DNA of 64,000 nucleotides from Phoronis australis (lineage: Eukaryota > Animalia > Phoronida), in the NCBI GenBank assembly GCA_002633005.1, contig NMRA01000058.1:287585-351584 (forward strand). Reading direction: 5' to 3'. The position numbers and the translations under genes were made by a program. Of this stretch, positions 39,481 through 53,443 are shown one piece after another (position 1 is the stretch's first letter; each line of letters opens with the position of its first letter). The notes beneath the pieces are model-generated. The model made no database searches. It saw only the letters and a program-made list of their open reading frames with translations, and was not told the DNA's origin.

Positions 39481-42400
39481 CGGTAAAGTCGCGAGATTTT
39501 CGGACACTGAAAATTAATTCCAATTGAAAAAATTCATTCTTGGACGAATCTCGCGAAACATCATTTCTGTGGTGTCCGAATTTGGCGGACCTCCAAATTT
39601 GGGTTTTCGCTAGTGTCCGAATTTCGTGGGTGTACATTATTTCGATGAGCGGTCGTATTATCAACATTGCTGGCTCGGTCATTTGATAGCAGTATAATTG
39701 CAGGTAAATGAGACTCAAATGGTCTGAGCGTTTAATTTTTGAAAATCTGGCTTTCCCAATAAGAAATGTGCACCATTGACGCGCTAAGACCGTTCCCAAC
39801 AAGTGTTGGTTCTTCTTTTCAAAGATGTGCTTTCTCAATATGAAATATTCGGCTTGCATTGCCGATGCTCAAAAACCGTTCTCGGCAAGTGACGGAATCT
39901 TTACAAAACTGCGCTATCTCACTTGAAATATCGGGCTGTGTTGTGAAGAGTCTTCCTGGTGACAAATATGGGCTTTTCAATGAGTGGGTCTGGTTTGCAT
40001 TGTTGACGCACATGAAACGTTACAGACAACCGATTCTCTTTTGTAAAAATGCGTTTTCTCAATAAAAAAATGTCGAGTTTGCGCTGTCAACGCATGGTTT
40101 CCCAATAAAAAGCTGGACATGCGTATTCGGGGCACAAAGAGGGTTCCCGACCATCAAAACATGCGCTTTCTCAATTTTAACGAATTTTGCATTAAAGGTA
40201 ACAGTAATGGATATGGGAGCGAGTTCAATGAAGAAAGTGATGAATAATGACAAGAACACAGCATATATTTATGTTTGTTAAACGTATCCATGCATTGTCT
40301 GCTGGTTACAAACCGAAACGCAAGTTAACTCTGACACGTTTATTTCCATATTATCTGAAAGCTCAGTTTCAACATGAAAACTTCGATTGAACAATTACCC
40401 AAAATAGATTACAAAGACAATCATGATAATAAAATGAATAGTTTCTCATCGACTCGTGATCCCCATTTGTCGTCCTGGTAGTCGTCTCTATTGTTGAAGA
40501 AGCGCTGTCGTTCTACATGTTTAGACCTACTGCAAACGATGGGAATGCGTCGACTGTTACAGTGCTGCGCGGCTGAAGACACGATTAACTAACATATTGT
40601 ATATATTAGGGCGTTGTCTAGAAAGCAAATGCAATTTCAAATGCTACCAACATCAAATTCACCCAACTGTTTTTTTACAATTAAAACCTTTCTCATCCAC
40701 AGCCTTTGAAACGCCCGATGTTAACTCAGTGATACACTGGCGCGTCTTCATGCAACTGAGGTGACCTAACACATCTGGGTTCGCTTACGTTTTTAACCAC
40801 AGTGAAAACTCTGACTTGTGAAATCTGTTTGTGGATGAAATGAAACTGATAATCGTTAACATTTTCTGATAATCTGCGTGGAAGATAACAGGGCCGTTTC
40901 TTCTGGTCGTCACCAGTTTAGCGCCGTCCACGGTCGTCACCAATTTCGCGCAGCTCAGTCTCCGTCAGTCACTACTAATTTACGCCGCCACCCCCCCCCC
41001 CCCTGCACACCAATGTCGATTTTGAACCACTAATTCTATGGGAGTCTGCTAGGTGCACCCCCCTGCCAAGACCGTTGTTGGGCACGTTGATACTATAGGC
41101 TACTGGCCAGATCACGACTGTTAGAAGAATCGACTAGTGTCGACCTGAAAAGAAAAACGAAAGCATTCAATTTGGGACAGCGTGAACTCATGAAGGACGT
41201 TAACCAGGCAATTCAAGAACCGATCTACTATTAATATACTTAATTTTCTTTCTTAATACATACTTAACCAATTACAATCCATCTATGTCGACGGTTTTTA
41301 TTTCATTGCGTCATATATTTGCTACAGTTATGGAAAATAATTCTTCCTACAGGTCTCTGCTGATGGACACTACACACTTCAGCTAACATTTAAAGTACAT
41401 GTATGAACAGTCGCGAGTTTACTGAAGTCTCATTATAAGTACAGGCTGAAATGTTTTTGAAAAATAACAGTGACTATCTGAGGAGAGGAATACATAACAA
41501 AATAAAATATGGAAACACCAAACAAAAATCAAAACAACACTTACCTGTTGCAATAACGCCTTAAATGTGAACGTACTGACCGACTTGCATGAACGGAATG
41601 TTAGTTGAACATGTTAGTAGAACAAAACTGTCTCAATGAAATTTTCATGGTTTACAGGTTTAAGAAGATCCACCGTAGATTTCAGTATATAAGTCCAGCA
41701 GAATATATGGCCAATTTGCGTATCTTAAATTTTCCCTAAAATATATCTGGGATGCATGTCTGAGAATAAAAGTGCATGCTTGAAATCTAAAAATAATGCT
41801 ATTCCCACTAGGATATAATTAGGGTGAGCTACAGTATTTATACTGTGTTCGTGTATTTGACATTGCTGAGTATAGGCCCTGCTGTATTTTTACATAAGAC
41901 GTTTGGTTTCCCCAACTTATATACGGAAATCGCTAGTAATACTTCCCTAAATTATTTACCCTTGCTGCAAGTAAGGCATCACCTCGGGTAAAAATAGAAC
42001 AATAATAATTAGCAATGTAACAGTCAACACAATTAAACACACAGCTGAAATGCCTCTAAAAGTATATTAAGTAATACAAAAAACATGGTCTGTAGTTTAA
42101 GATCATGTTTCTTTTTTGTCTCAAAACTATCAACTGAAGGCGGTAACATGGACAAGAAGACAAGGTCCTGTGGAAAGTAGATATGGAACTCCGGGTCGGA
42201 AACACCTATCAGGTTCCAAGCCGTTGCATCGGACTCCAGGTCCTGTATTCTTGTTAGTCTACCCCTAGGACCTCAAGAAGGAACGACTACCAAATCTGAT
42301 TCAACTGGCTTGTCATTTTTCGAAATGATTGGTGGAGGATTTTCTTAGTCGCCGCAGACAGAGAGTGCCACAGGGTCCTGGTGTCCTTGTCGGGATTCAT

Positions 42401-43786
42401 CTTAATCTCGGGACACCATGGAGTTCAGGGTGTTGTACCTCAGACGGTACAGGGTGTGAATTAACAATACCACAAGCACACAGACCAGTGGATGAGCAAG
42501 CAAAATTGGGTCGCCTCAAATTAAATCTTTTTTTGGTTTACATCTGCGGTAAAGCTCGTAACACTAGAACTTTGCTAAAAGGCAAGAATTCATGAAATTA
42601 CGTGATGTATTGTGTTTTTTAATTGAAAGCGTGATTTTGGCTAGATTTTTGTATTTCCCAAGACAGCTACTGAACTCTACCCTAGTCTGCGACCAGGGGC
42701 GCAAGGGTGAGAATCTTACAAACATGCTAGACTGAAGACGTCGAGACGTATGGTGAGGCATTGCAAATGAAGCACACAATCACACCATCTTCTTTAGCAT
42801 GATTCTTGCATTTGCGATGCTTATCAGAGAGCAACAGACAATTAGTAAGGGTAGTGAAATGTGGTTACGTGGATGTACATTAGTTTTTGATATGTGTTAT
42901 AGCACACCGGCACGTACACAACATAGGACAGAGATGCAATGTCTCTGTAACAATTGCATGTGCGCCGCGCTCCTTTCTGAGTGCTGGGCCTTGCACTATG
43001 TTTGATTTTTAACCAGCTTTACTTTGGCTCCGTCTCATTCGGCTACTGCTGTTCACTATCTACACTACTTTGAATGCGCGATATCCTACGGACAGACTTA
43101 GCTGTGGCCTATTGTATATGGGGGCCTAAACAAAACAATATTTCTCGTCACGTCAAGAATAAAATCCAGACACGTCGTCGGGAGATTTTAGCCACTAACA
43201 AGGGCATTTGCAAAGGCCAGGACGTTTTAAAAATAAAAACGTTTTGTAAACACGCAAGTTGATGTCAGGCGTGCAAGTTCAATGTCACAGTCGGAAGTCG
43301 AACAACACGGTCTAATTAAACCAGAGCACGTTACGCTACAACGAAAAACTGCAGCCTTCGATGTATTTCCCATTTGTATTTTCATCAGAAATTTTCGTCA
43401 TGTGGTACTCGGTGACTTTTTTCATAGCTAAAGCGCCAAACACAAGCTAAACGCAAGACAATCCAGTAACGGTCATGACATCGTCAAGACAAGGTAAAAA
43501 TTACAAAGCCCGTTTCACCAATTCTCAGATTCAAGCCTTATAGAATAGTAATCATCGGTTGAACGCTTTAATGAGTTGCGTCGATCCCAAATTAGCATTT
43601 CTAAAATTTTCCTTGTCCAAAAGTCGCGGACAAAAATCCGACGTTTATGACGTCCGAAATTCGAAGATCATTGGAAAAACAGTTTTTGGACCTTGTACGA
43701 ATTTCGTGGACTATGAAAACTCATTTCGGAAATATTTATTCTTGGTCGAAAATGGCAGGCCGTCCGAAAATCACGCGACTTTACCG
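39481..43786. mobile_element. 4.3 kb TIR DNA element (Tc1/mariner-like TA target), no recognisable transposase
   Basis: TA|CGGTAAAGTCGCGAGATTTTCGGAC ... GTCCGAAAATCACGCGACTTTACCG|TA (24/25 TIR); repeated subterminal gtccgaa(a)tt motifs; CpG-rich interior. Confidence 0.85.
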
Positions 43787-44068
43787 TATTGTCTGTTCCT
43801 TTGTGCCATTTTAATTTATTTTTAAAACGTTAAAAATTGTTAGCTTTGAACTTTTTGGTTCATTTGTTTAAATGGTGAGGTACCAACATAGTTGTGTTCT
43901 TTTTGACTATTTCTGCTATCCCTTGTCTAATTTTTCATTGTACCTTTCCTAAACTGTGGGTTGCAAATGTACTATAATAATGTAGATTATGAGGTGTTTT
44001 TCAACTATTGTATTCTGTGCTTTGGTGTTTGCTAGACAAAGGTATTCATATTCACATTTGGTTGACAG

Positions 44069-44262
44069 AAACATACGAGAAGCCTGGATAAAGACTAAAT
44101 ATGTTCAGAAAGCGTTTGTCAAGAATTTACCACAACAAGGTGACACTCTGAGTCTAGGGATCCATCCAAGAAAGTGGAGTGTGCACAAACGTTCAACTCG
44201 ATCACCATCTAAAAATCTGGTAAATGAAGAGTCGGGCATCCACCCACCAGGACTTGCACAAG
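44069..44262 (+). CDS. ACAP: ACAP exon, end of ArfGAP plus linker
   Basis: ttgacag|...|gtaggc; NIREAWIKTKYVQKAFVKNLPQQG...HPPGLAQ (RExWIxxKY motif). Phase 2-1. Confidence 0.93.
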
Positions 44263-44324
44263 GTAGGCTTTTTGTTTTGAAACAATTCAATAACACAAGA
44301 TAAAATCCCCAAGGGATGTTGGCT

Positions 44325-45381
44325 GACGCTTACCTTTAATCTTCAAAAGTTTATAACGGATTGTCATGAAATTTGGTATGTAGGCACCTATTAGTGAGGT
44401 GACGCTATCCTCCCGTTTTCGGATGGATTCGACGTAGTTTGCGCCACCTAGTGGCTGTTTTTACTGTTTTCGAGTCTGTTTTGCGTCCACTCCTCTGTCA
44501 ACCAAACCGCTCAAAGGATGATTGTGAAAATAGGCATGTATGTTCTTACAATGAAGAGGACGGTTGACGATGATTTTCCAACAGTTTTGACTACTGTGGC
44601 GCCTCCTAGTGGCAGTTTTGTTTTTTGGGCCTATGGCTGTTTCTCCTAAACCGTTCGTAGGATCTTTACAAAATTTAGTAAATATATTTACATGATGTTA
44701 ACAACAGCGACGACGACTTTCGGACAGATCTGAAAAATAGTGTGTCACCTAGTGACAATTTTATTTTTTTTACGTTTACCTCTCTATCTTCAAAGGTCTT
44801 CATCGTATTTTCATAAAATTTGGCATATAGGCATCTATTAATGAGGTGTGGCTATCTCTCCGTTTTCAGATGCATTCGACCTAGTTTTGCGCCACCTAGT
44901 GGCCATTTTTGCTGTTTTCAAATCTTGTTTTTGGCGTCCACCCGTGTACCAAGCAAATCATTTGAAAATTGGCATATATGTTCTCAGTGTGAATATGACT
45001 TTTGATGATGGTGACTGACTACTGTGGCGCTTCCTAGTGATAGCTTTGTTTTGCTCCCATAGGTGTATCTCCTAAACCCACTGTAGGATCTTTATTAAAT
45101 TTATTAAGTGTATTTATATGAAGATAACAGCAGACGACGACTTTCGGGCGGATCAGCGGACACTGTGCCCTCTAGTGGCAATTTCATTTTATTGTGTTTT
45201 CCTTTATTTCTCTGAAGTTCCTTGACAGATTTTTATGAAATATGGCATGTTCCTGTTTTTTGATGGATTGTATGTTTTTGCGCCATCTAGTGGTCATTTT
45301 TATGATACAAATAAATAACCCTATGAGCACACCATTTGCAATGCATTTGTGGGCGCATTACAGCGCTCCGCATTGCTCTTG
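44325..45381 (+). mobile_element. HINE copy 3 (5'-truncated), seven satellite subunits
   Basis: Homologous to 58371-59879; 3' end tgtgggcgcattacagcgctccgcattgctcttg. Confidence 0.85.
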
Positions 45382-46043
45382 TATGCTATGTGGGTGGCAA
45401 AGAGGTGAGTTACAGCAATGTGCCAGCACTATGGTAGTTGATTTTTGTGCAGATTCAAATTCTGCATCACCCCGAAGTGTCCAATTGGTTTTGACAATGG
45501 GCTTTTTAGTATTGTGGGGGATGAGGGCTTCTGGATGATACCTAGGGAACCAATTTGTGGATTTCAATGTAATTTCACAATTATGGCATTGTATCAGTAT
45601 CAGTCTATTTTTGGGCATATTCAAGTATTGAACCACCCCCTTCAGTGGCCGTTTTGTCCTGTTGTCCAGTTGCATTGTGCTGAGGAAGGACTGAGATATT
45701 CAATACACTGCCATAAAATATTAAATTAAATTAATACATGTCTGAAAATATCTGAAGTTTTGAGGAGTTTATATTTTACTAATCAAAAATTCAAAATTGT
45801 TTCATTCAATAGGTAAAAAAGAGACATGAAAAGGGTCAGAAGATGACTCTTTTGGTGTGTGCAGATACATGAATGTCTCTAGTTATGGCTGTGCTTGATG
45901 GCTTCAAGAACTGCTTAAAGTTATTAACATGTGGCAAGTTGTTTGTGATCAAGATGTATTAGCATAATATTGATCCTATTCATTTTGTTGCTTATTTCTT
46001 AAACATACCCTTTGAAGTCGTAAGACTTGTTTTGCATTGACAG

Positions 46044-46133
46044 GCAGGAGCAAAGACAGTGGCCTGGGCAACAACTCACCAGATGTCATTGTGTTTGGTT
46101 CAGCTGGCACTGACAATGAAATACTGCAGAAGA
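46044..46133 (+). CDS. ACAP: ACAP exon, ArfGAP-ankyrin linker
   Basis: ttgacag|...|gtaagt; (G)RSKDSGLGNNSPDVIVFGSAGTDNEILQK, resembling the DSGLG...DVxxFGS linker I recall from vertebrate ACAP3. Phase 1-1, 90 nt. Confidence 0.88.
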
Positions 46134-47043
46134 GTAAGTGTTAGCTGTTTAGAGAGGGAGACAGAGAAACTTATATTTTTTTAAAACCATATAAATATAT
46201 ACATTGTTATATGATTGGGTGGCCAGCAAAGGCATGGGTCACTAATAGCTGAGCACCGAGTAATAATACATTAAATACTAAATGATAACAATTAAGAAGA
46301 ACAATAAACAACAAAAATAAGTACATCTACAATGAAATAAGATACAGTGCAAGTTTATTTAACTTGTAAATTAATGAATTTTACTAAGAATAAAACACGG
46401 AGACTATTGATACAAGGAAAATCTGATTTTTGTTTTAGTTCTGAAGCAAACTGCCACATTCATTTGAAGCCGGGGCTTCTAGGACACTATCAAAAGAATT
46501 GAGAACTGTAAAATCAAAGTTGATCCCAGTGTAGGATTATAGTTACTGGTTTCTTTGGCATAATGTTTCTCAATAAACTCAATGCAAGTGAGAGACAAGA
46601 TCCTACATGTACAATAAAATATCTATTAATAAGAACACAATAGTTTACATTACAGGCAGGAAAACACACAATATTCCCCTGACTCAAACCAAGTACATCG
46701 TGACTTTGGGCGGCATTATCTTGGGTGACACATTGCTGATCTGCTTAACTTTATTGTTCTCACTATTCGACTGTCACGACATACATGTCACAAGTCTGAC
46801 TCTAACGACACATTTCCTGGCTTCAAAGTTGACTAATAACTTTAATCAGCATAATCTACATTGAACTCTTTCCATTTTAAAAGGAAATTTCCTTTTTGTG
46901 CCTAAATAGTTGGAGATTTTTTCTATGCCTAGATTTCCTTCATTTTGGCTTGAAAATTTATATTTTTCATTGCATTTACGACGCTCAGTTGTATCATGCA
47001 CAAAATTTTGTTAATGATTCTTCGAAATAAAATTCAAGAGGTA

Positions 47044-48455
47044 CCATATTCGCCGTAATAACCGCCCATGCCCCTATAAGCGCCCCCCGCATGCGTTTTC
47101 AGACTTTGCTGAAATAAGCGATCAGTCCATGAACGTGTACATGCAAACAATGACATACCTACAGTCTTAAAACTCGGCTACAGTAACGTCTTCAATTTAT
47201 CAAGAAAATTTTGCACGGGTCATCTAGACCACCAGCGGCACTGCTACGTTTGTATTTAGCCGTGACTATGGCACTTCAAAGTAACGCAGCACTTCTAAAA
47301 GAACACAACAGTGTTGCTACTCTCGCGACGACCGTGTCCCACTATGGTTTGACCTTTCAGTACAGACACATCGACTGCCTCATGAATAAAAATAACTCGG
47401 TGTTAAACGCACGTGGCCAGGAAGCGCGCACTACATATATGAGCCTGTCATCAAAGACATTAGTCGGGAACTATCCATTCATGAAACGGGTAGCGTAGCA
47501 TCTGTAAGAAATGAATATTGGCACTAATTTCTGACAATTTCTAATACCATAAAACATGTTTGTGTTATTTTTGAGATGGATTGTTTTGATTAACCATAAT
47601 TGGGGTTTTTAAGCCGAATATCCGATAAAATGACAACTGACAGTGAATGCTTACACACCTTTACACCGAAAAATAACTGTCAGATAGTTACGTACGCATC
47701 CAGCTACACGGCGACTAATATGGGCCTTACCGAGACAAATGTCGAACGTTTTTAGCACATGAGACCGGCAAGTGCTGAATGAAACATGCTCTGGTGTAGG
47801 CCTACTGCTTGTGCAAATTTCATTTCTTTAGACACAATGCACATCTAGCTCGTTAGATTGCTTGGCTCTGGCCAAAAGACGGTCTCTGCTTTGGCAAATG
47901 AACTCTGGTGAAACGCAGACGAACTTCAAAACAAACGTCACGTGACAACAACATTTTTGTTCATCCAGACATTTTTCTCGCCGTGTTGCCGATCAAACAT
48001 GTAGATGGCACGATGTTGCACAGATTTGTACTTAAACCTGCCGTTAATCCAGACTCCACGGGAACTTAAAAAAAATCTTAGGGACGCTACTTAGAAAACT
48101 TAATGAAGATTTCAGGTAATTTGCTTGAGTCTAAACTATTTTTATTCAAGCATTGAAATCGCCATCAAGACAGCGATTTCGCGGCAGTCAGTCGGCGAGT
48201 TTTCGTCCTCGGATTTCAGCACAATTTTCTGTAAAATGATTGTAATTTAGCAGCAAAGTTTGAAAGCAATGCACCACAGTTTTGTTGAAAGTCTTTCATA
48301 GATTACAGATGCGTCACAGAGAGTAAATTTGATGAATCTTAGCTTCCGATTTCACCTGTTTCGGAGACCGGGTTTCAACCGCCATGGGTTATAATAAGCA
48401 CCCCCCTGAACCGAACTTTTTTAAGCGCCCTGGGCAGTTATTACGGCGAATACGG
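47044..48455. mobile_element. MITE family A, best-preserved copy
   Basis: TA|CCATATTCGCCGTAATAACCGCCCA ... TGGGCAGTTATTACGGCGAATACGG|TA (23/25 TIR). Confidence 0.9.
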
Positions 48456-50884
48456 TACGCTCTTATTCTTGAGAGAATGCGCTGAAATTTGTGCAGAGAA
48501 ATTTCTTCACATCCTCTAACACAGAAATTTCTGTGCTGGAAGGTACGCAGAAATTGCTGCATAGATGGAGACTGCAGAAATTACCTCATATGACTGAATT
48601 GCTTTGGAAAATACTAATTTTTAAGCTAAAATAATGGAAATATAGGCGCAAAAAACTTTTCAGGCTCAATGTCACTTCCCTCAAAATGTACAAACAATTA
48701 TTTTGTCGGTTCCCAACCTTTTCAGTAATAGTGTATGTCGTTTTATTTGTTTTTTTTTCCGTGACTCATTCAAAACGGGCTTCGTGAATGTAATCAAAAG
48801 GGACTCAATATTTTCATTAGCAGCCCATCATGCTCTCCATGTCGACTGAGTTGACGTAATCTCCACAGTTTCTTGACGAGTGATACTTATGATTATGAAG
48901 GTGGGCATGTTCATTGTTAAGACCTAATGTCTATTTCTCTCTTTCACTGTCTGAATATCCTCTAAATGTCACAAATACATAGAATATCTGTAAAGTAATA
49001 TGGAATGAAGAGTTGTATCTGGAACGTAATTTTGTGAAAGTGAACTCTTCCCCCAGGACTCTTTTATGGCTTTTTAACAAAAAAAAACTGAGCTAATTTT
49101 CAGTATTGCATTGAGCGTGAAAGTTTAATTGTCTCAACAGAATCTGAGCCACTATTGAGTAGTGGAGTTGACCATTGAATTGAAGAAGTCAAAATCTAGA
49201 AGGACCAGTTGGCACTGTAATTTTCTTTAGGGTTTTGTGACGCCAACAGATATTCAAGGTTCGAAAGGACACTTGTATAGTATATTTTTTTATAAATTAA
49301 GTTTTTGTACTTTATACTTAGTGTAGGGAATTCAGTTTTAAGTGTTATATTTTTGCCTGCAGAAGAAAAAAGTTATAACATGAAATGAAACCATCAACTG
49401 AGACAAAATACCACAAAATTTGAAATAGAGAACATGAGAGGGAAAGACTCGGGTTATGAAAGGTGTTCTGTCAGCCTTATTTTTAGTGGTTATCAGATAG
49501 CACAGCACACACAAAATAGACATTTTTCATTTTTTTATTTTCCCAGTTCCAATGAGTAAGTAACAGGGGTCTGAGATTCCCCTGCCTTACTTTACAATTG
49601 TTAAGTGAAAATGGCAACACGAATATACAATATAATGGATTTTTACAATGACAAACAGGAAAAACCATAACAACATTACATAAAGTCAGTGTTGCAAACA
49701 TTTCTGAGAAGGAATACAAAAACACCCTTTGCATACTATGTTTTACAAAATAGATGTGTCAGAGCAAAGCAAAATACAAATTTCATCAGAAACACTTCAA
49801 TAGTCTAAAATGGTAGCTTGAGCCATTTGTATATATTTTTTTAAATTGTTTAGGCGGCTCTCGAGTTATTTAATGTTTACAGCCTAAAAAATAGCCTTTT
49901 TTCAGCAAATAGCACCCAAAAATTTCAATCCACAAAAAATATCAAGTTTAGACAACTATATTTGGGAATCCAAAGCTTATTGTGTTGCTAAAACAAGATA
50001 GAGAGTCCTTTACAAGTAGGTCAGCAACATGACATGGTCACCAAACCACTTGTAAATGACAAAACACTTCAAGAATTACCATGGTTCCGTGAAAATATTT
50101 CTTTTGTTCCAAAATATTTCAAAACAATTCTGAAAATGAAATTGGTGTAACAAATGAATTCAAAAATAGCAAAAACCAGAAACCTAATTTTTTTCAGAGT
50201 ATTTCGTCATTTATTAAAAAGTCTGAGATATGAATTATTCTTTTTTCCCAAGTGAGATCAATGTTTTCACAATTTTAAGTTACGCACCATATGATAAAAG
50301 TGATCATGTGCATTTTTAATTAAACAAAATTTAATTGGACAATAAAATTTCAATGGATTTTAAATCAATTTTATTCCTAATATAGGAATTGAGAGGCGTT
50401 GTGTTAGTGGCCATCCAAAAAGAGCATACTCGTATTCTAAACGGTTTTGATGCACTGCAGCCTTGAATAAACAATTATTTTAATGCAAAATATAATTTTT
50501 TAAAAATGAAACTGATAACAGCACCACCACAAGGTAAAAAACGTGTAACAAAATTATTTTTGAAGAAAATAGACTGAATCTATCCCCAAAACTGAAGTTA
50601 AATTGAATTTTAAAAATATTCTGTAGTGTTTAAATGAAAATATTTCACCAATTTGGGTCACTTTATGTAATTTAGGGAAGTTTTGACTGGTTCTGTTTAA
50701 TCCATTTGACCAATCAAATTTGAGTTCAGTTTTAACCCTGGAAAGGTCAGTAAGGTTCTTGAAAAATGACTGAATTTACCTTTTTTGGAAGTATTGTTAA
50801 ATGGAAATGGTGAGATGAATTGAAAAAAATTGATGAGGAATGGATTAGGACACGATAGTAATTGTTACGTTGAGAGTACATTTG

Positions 50885-51169
50885 CAGGATTTTTCCAGGT
50901 TAGAAATTGACAAGGCATTAAATTAAAAAACATTTTCCCCATACTTTTATCAAAAAAAAATTAAAATGTACACTTAAGGCAGAATTTTTTAGCAAAACAG
51001 TTTGACATCAATATCCGATTTAGGGGGGGGGGGGCAAGAGGGCTACACCCCCCCTTAAAATTCCCCCAGATTCCATTTGGCAGATCGGAATTGCCAATGT
51101 CTAAATGACAAAACCCTGGCTAATACTCTTCTCTGGTCCCCCTTACACGAAATCCTGGATCCGCCCCTG
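50885..51169. mobile_element. hAT-like MITE remnant
   Basis: Right end aaatcctggatccgcccctg (CAGGGGCGGATCCAGGATTT-type terminus). Left end degenerate; no TSD recognised. Confidence 0.4.
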
Positions 51170-53207
51170 GATATACATATCATTAAAATCGGTTCAGTAA
51201 CGGCCATTTAGCAACTGAAAATTTATCCCCTTCTCAAGTGCTGCAGTACTTTGATTTTTAAAAATATTCATGAATGCATGCCCCCATTTGTTGAAACGGA
51301 TATCAATATAAAGAAGAAAGTTTAATATTTTGCTAGCATACTTTTCATTTTCCACCACTTTTCATGCTAATATATATGAGCTTCTGAAAATCATAAAAAA
51401 ATTGCAAAATTTCGCTCTTGCTGAATTTTGGATGAATAGGCCTATATTGGTTATGGCTTTTGTATTGTAGATGTAGTGACGAATGAGAAACTACATTTAG
51501 GTCGAGCCAAAATTCATACAAAATCACAAAATTCAAACTAAATTTCATGATGATCGTAAACGACTGAGAATTCAACTAGTGAAAAGAATTATCCATTTAA
51601 CTCAACCTTTTCATTGGGCCAAACTCCTCGATTCGTGTGTTGAACTGTGCCAGCAGGCGGGCCAATCAACAACAACTTGTCAAGTTAATTCCGACACGTT
51701 TCGTAGCAATAATCCGACTTGAATGGCTCGCATGCGCGATTTAGTTTGCATTAAACACAACAAATTTTCAAACTCAAAAATTTGCTTGACGTGTGCGAAA
51801 TAAAAACCAAAGTTCACCTTCGTTACTACGCTTAGCCATGAGACCGGAAGTTTTGAATCCTGCTCACGTACTTTTGCGTTAGGCCGCGAGACTTCATGGA
51901 GTCGCAAATCTCTTTACTAATATGTATGGTCATATGAACCACTTTACGCTGATTGGTAGAGATTTTTTCTGGGGTGCTCGAAGAGGCTACGAATTATGAG
52001 CGCTGTAACTTGCATCGCAATTAATTACTTTCCATGGTATGTAAGAAGCAAAAACAATATTTTTTATGAAGAATACATACATTTCTAGTGTCAAAAAGGT
52101 ATTTTAGCCGCTGGATGCTGTCTTTAAATATGGAGCTAGACACAAACATCATTCCCAGACAGAGGCCAGTTCAGATATTGGATGCACCAAACAAAAACGG
52201 CAGCCAAATACATGTTCACCTTCTTCCAGTTGCCAATAGCACACTGAGACTTCTTCAATACATTTGTTAGGGAATCATATCGCACATGAGATGAATACTT
52301 CATCTACACAGGTTACCGTGTCATTTCTGCTTGAAACCAACCTGATTGACCCACCACCCTCAACGCAGTTAGTAAGTAATGAACGTATCAATAGCATTTA
52401 TTGATTGAAGGTGTTGCGTATTGTTAATTAGCCATTGTATTGGTCCGAAGAGATTCATCTTTCAGGGACACAACTTCACTATTTATAATTTTTGGAGTTT
52501 TGTTAATTTGTACACGATATAGCTGTGAGACGCCTCTGTTGGGGCAAAAGATCAAATTGTGTGCACCCATTTTTAACTCTTGCCTGATGCAGTGCCGAAA
52601 TTAAACACTGAGGTGTTAAGTTTAAATGATTTTTCAATATGTTAGAAAAAGGAACACGTGGTCTGGTAAATGTTGAGGTGCATCAAATGTTCTCAGCTCA
52701 ATAAGTTGGGACTATCACCCAAACCACATTAATCTGTAAGTCATCTTCATGTGACATAAGTATGGGAACTCAGACTTTTTGTGGCAATTTTTCATGGCGG
52801 GAAAAATGCAATTACAATTCCCCAAACTTTGGCCTAATGGAAAACATTAAACATACCCACTATGATGAAAGTGACAATCTTGCTTCATGTCAGCTTTTCA
52901 GTTCTTCCTGATTATATAAACTTACGATTTATTGTGGTTGCCCATTACAACATTACATAGATTAACTGCTCAACTTTATGTAGATTCAAGTACCACTCTC
53001 GTGGATTCTTTCCAGTGTAAAAATTGGAACAACTTCATATCCAAATGACCATGGATTACATTTTTGCCCAGCCTGAATATTTTTGACTACAAGTCTGATG
53101 AGAGACGGATTTTGGTGATATTGCTTCAAATTTGCAAAAAGTCTGATTCTTCAAAAATCTATTCATTATAATTGTAGTCACTTAAATATGCTGTTCATTA
53201 CTTGTAG

Positions 53208-53443
53208 ATCTGGACTCCGAAAGTTCTGAATCTGAAGAGGACACAAGCCAGGACTCGGACGAGAACAAGTCCACTACATCCCTGGAGGAACTATCCAACC
53301 TGGACCCCAACATGCTACTGTACAAGGCTGCTGAGGCATGCAACATCCCCATCATGATGCAGGCCTTGGCCCTGGGAGCTGATGTGAACTGGCACAATGA
53401 GGCGGAAGAAGGGCGTAGCGTGCTGATGAAGGCAGTGGAAAGT
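53208..53443 (+). CDS. ACAP: ACAP exon, acidic linker and first ankyrin repeats
   Basis: cttgtag|...|gtaaga; LDSESSESEED...LDPNMLLYKAAEACNIPIMMQALALGADVNWHNEAEEGRSVLMKAVES. Phase 1-0. Confidence 0.95.

Noticed and set aside
43989-44303. Standalone secreted 104-aa protein with a hydrophobic N-terminus
   Set aside because: It is ACAP exon 44069-44262 extended into flanking intron sequence.
53095-53140. Hammerhead at CTGATGAG
   Set aside because: No stem II followed by GAAA.
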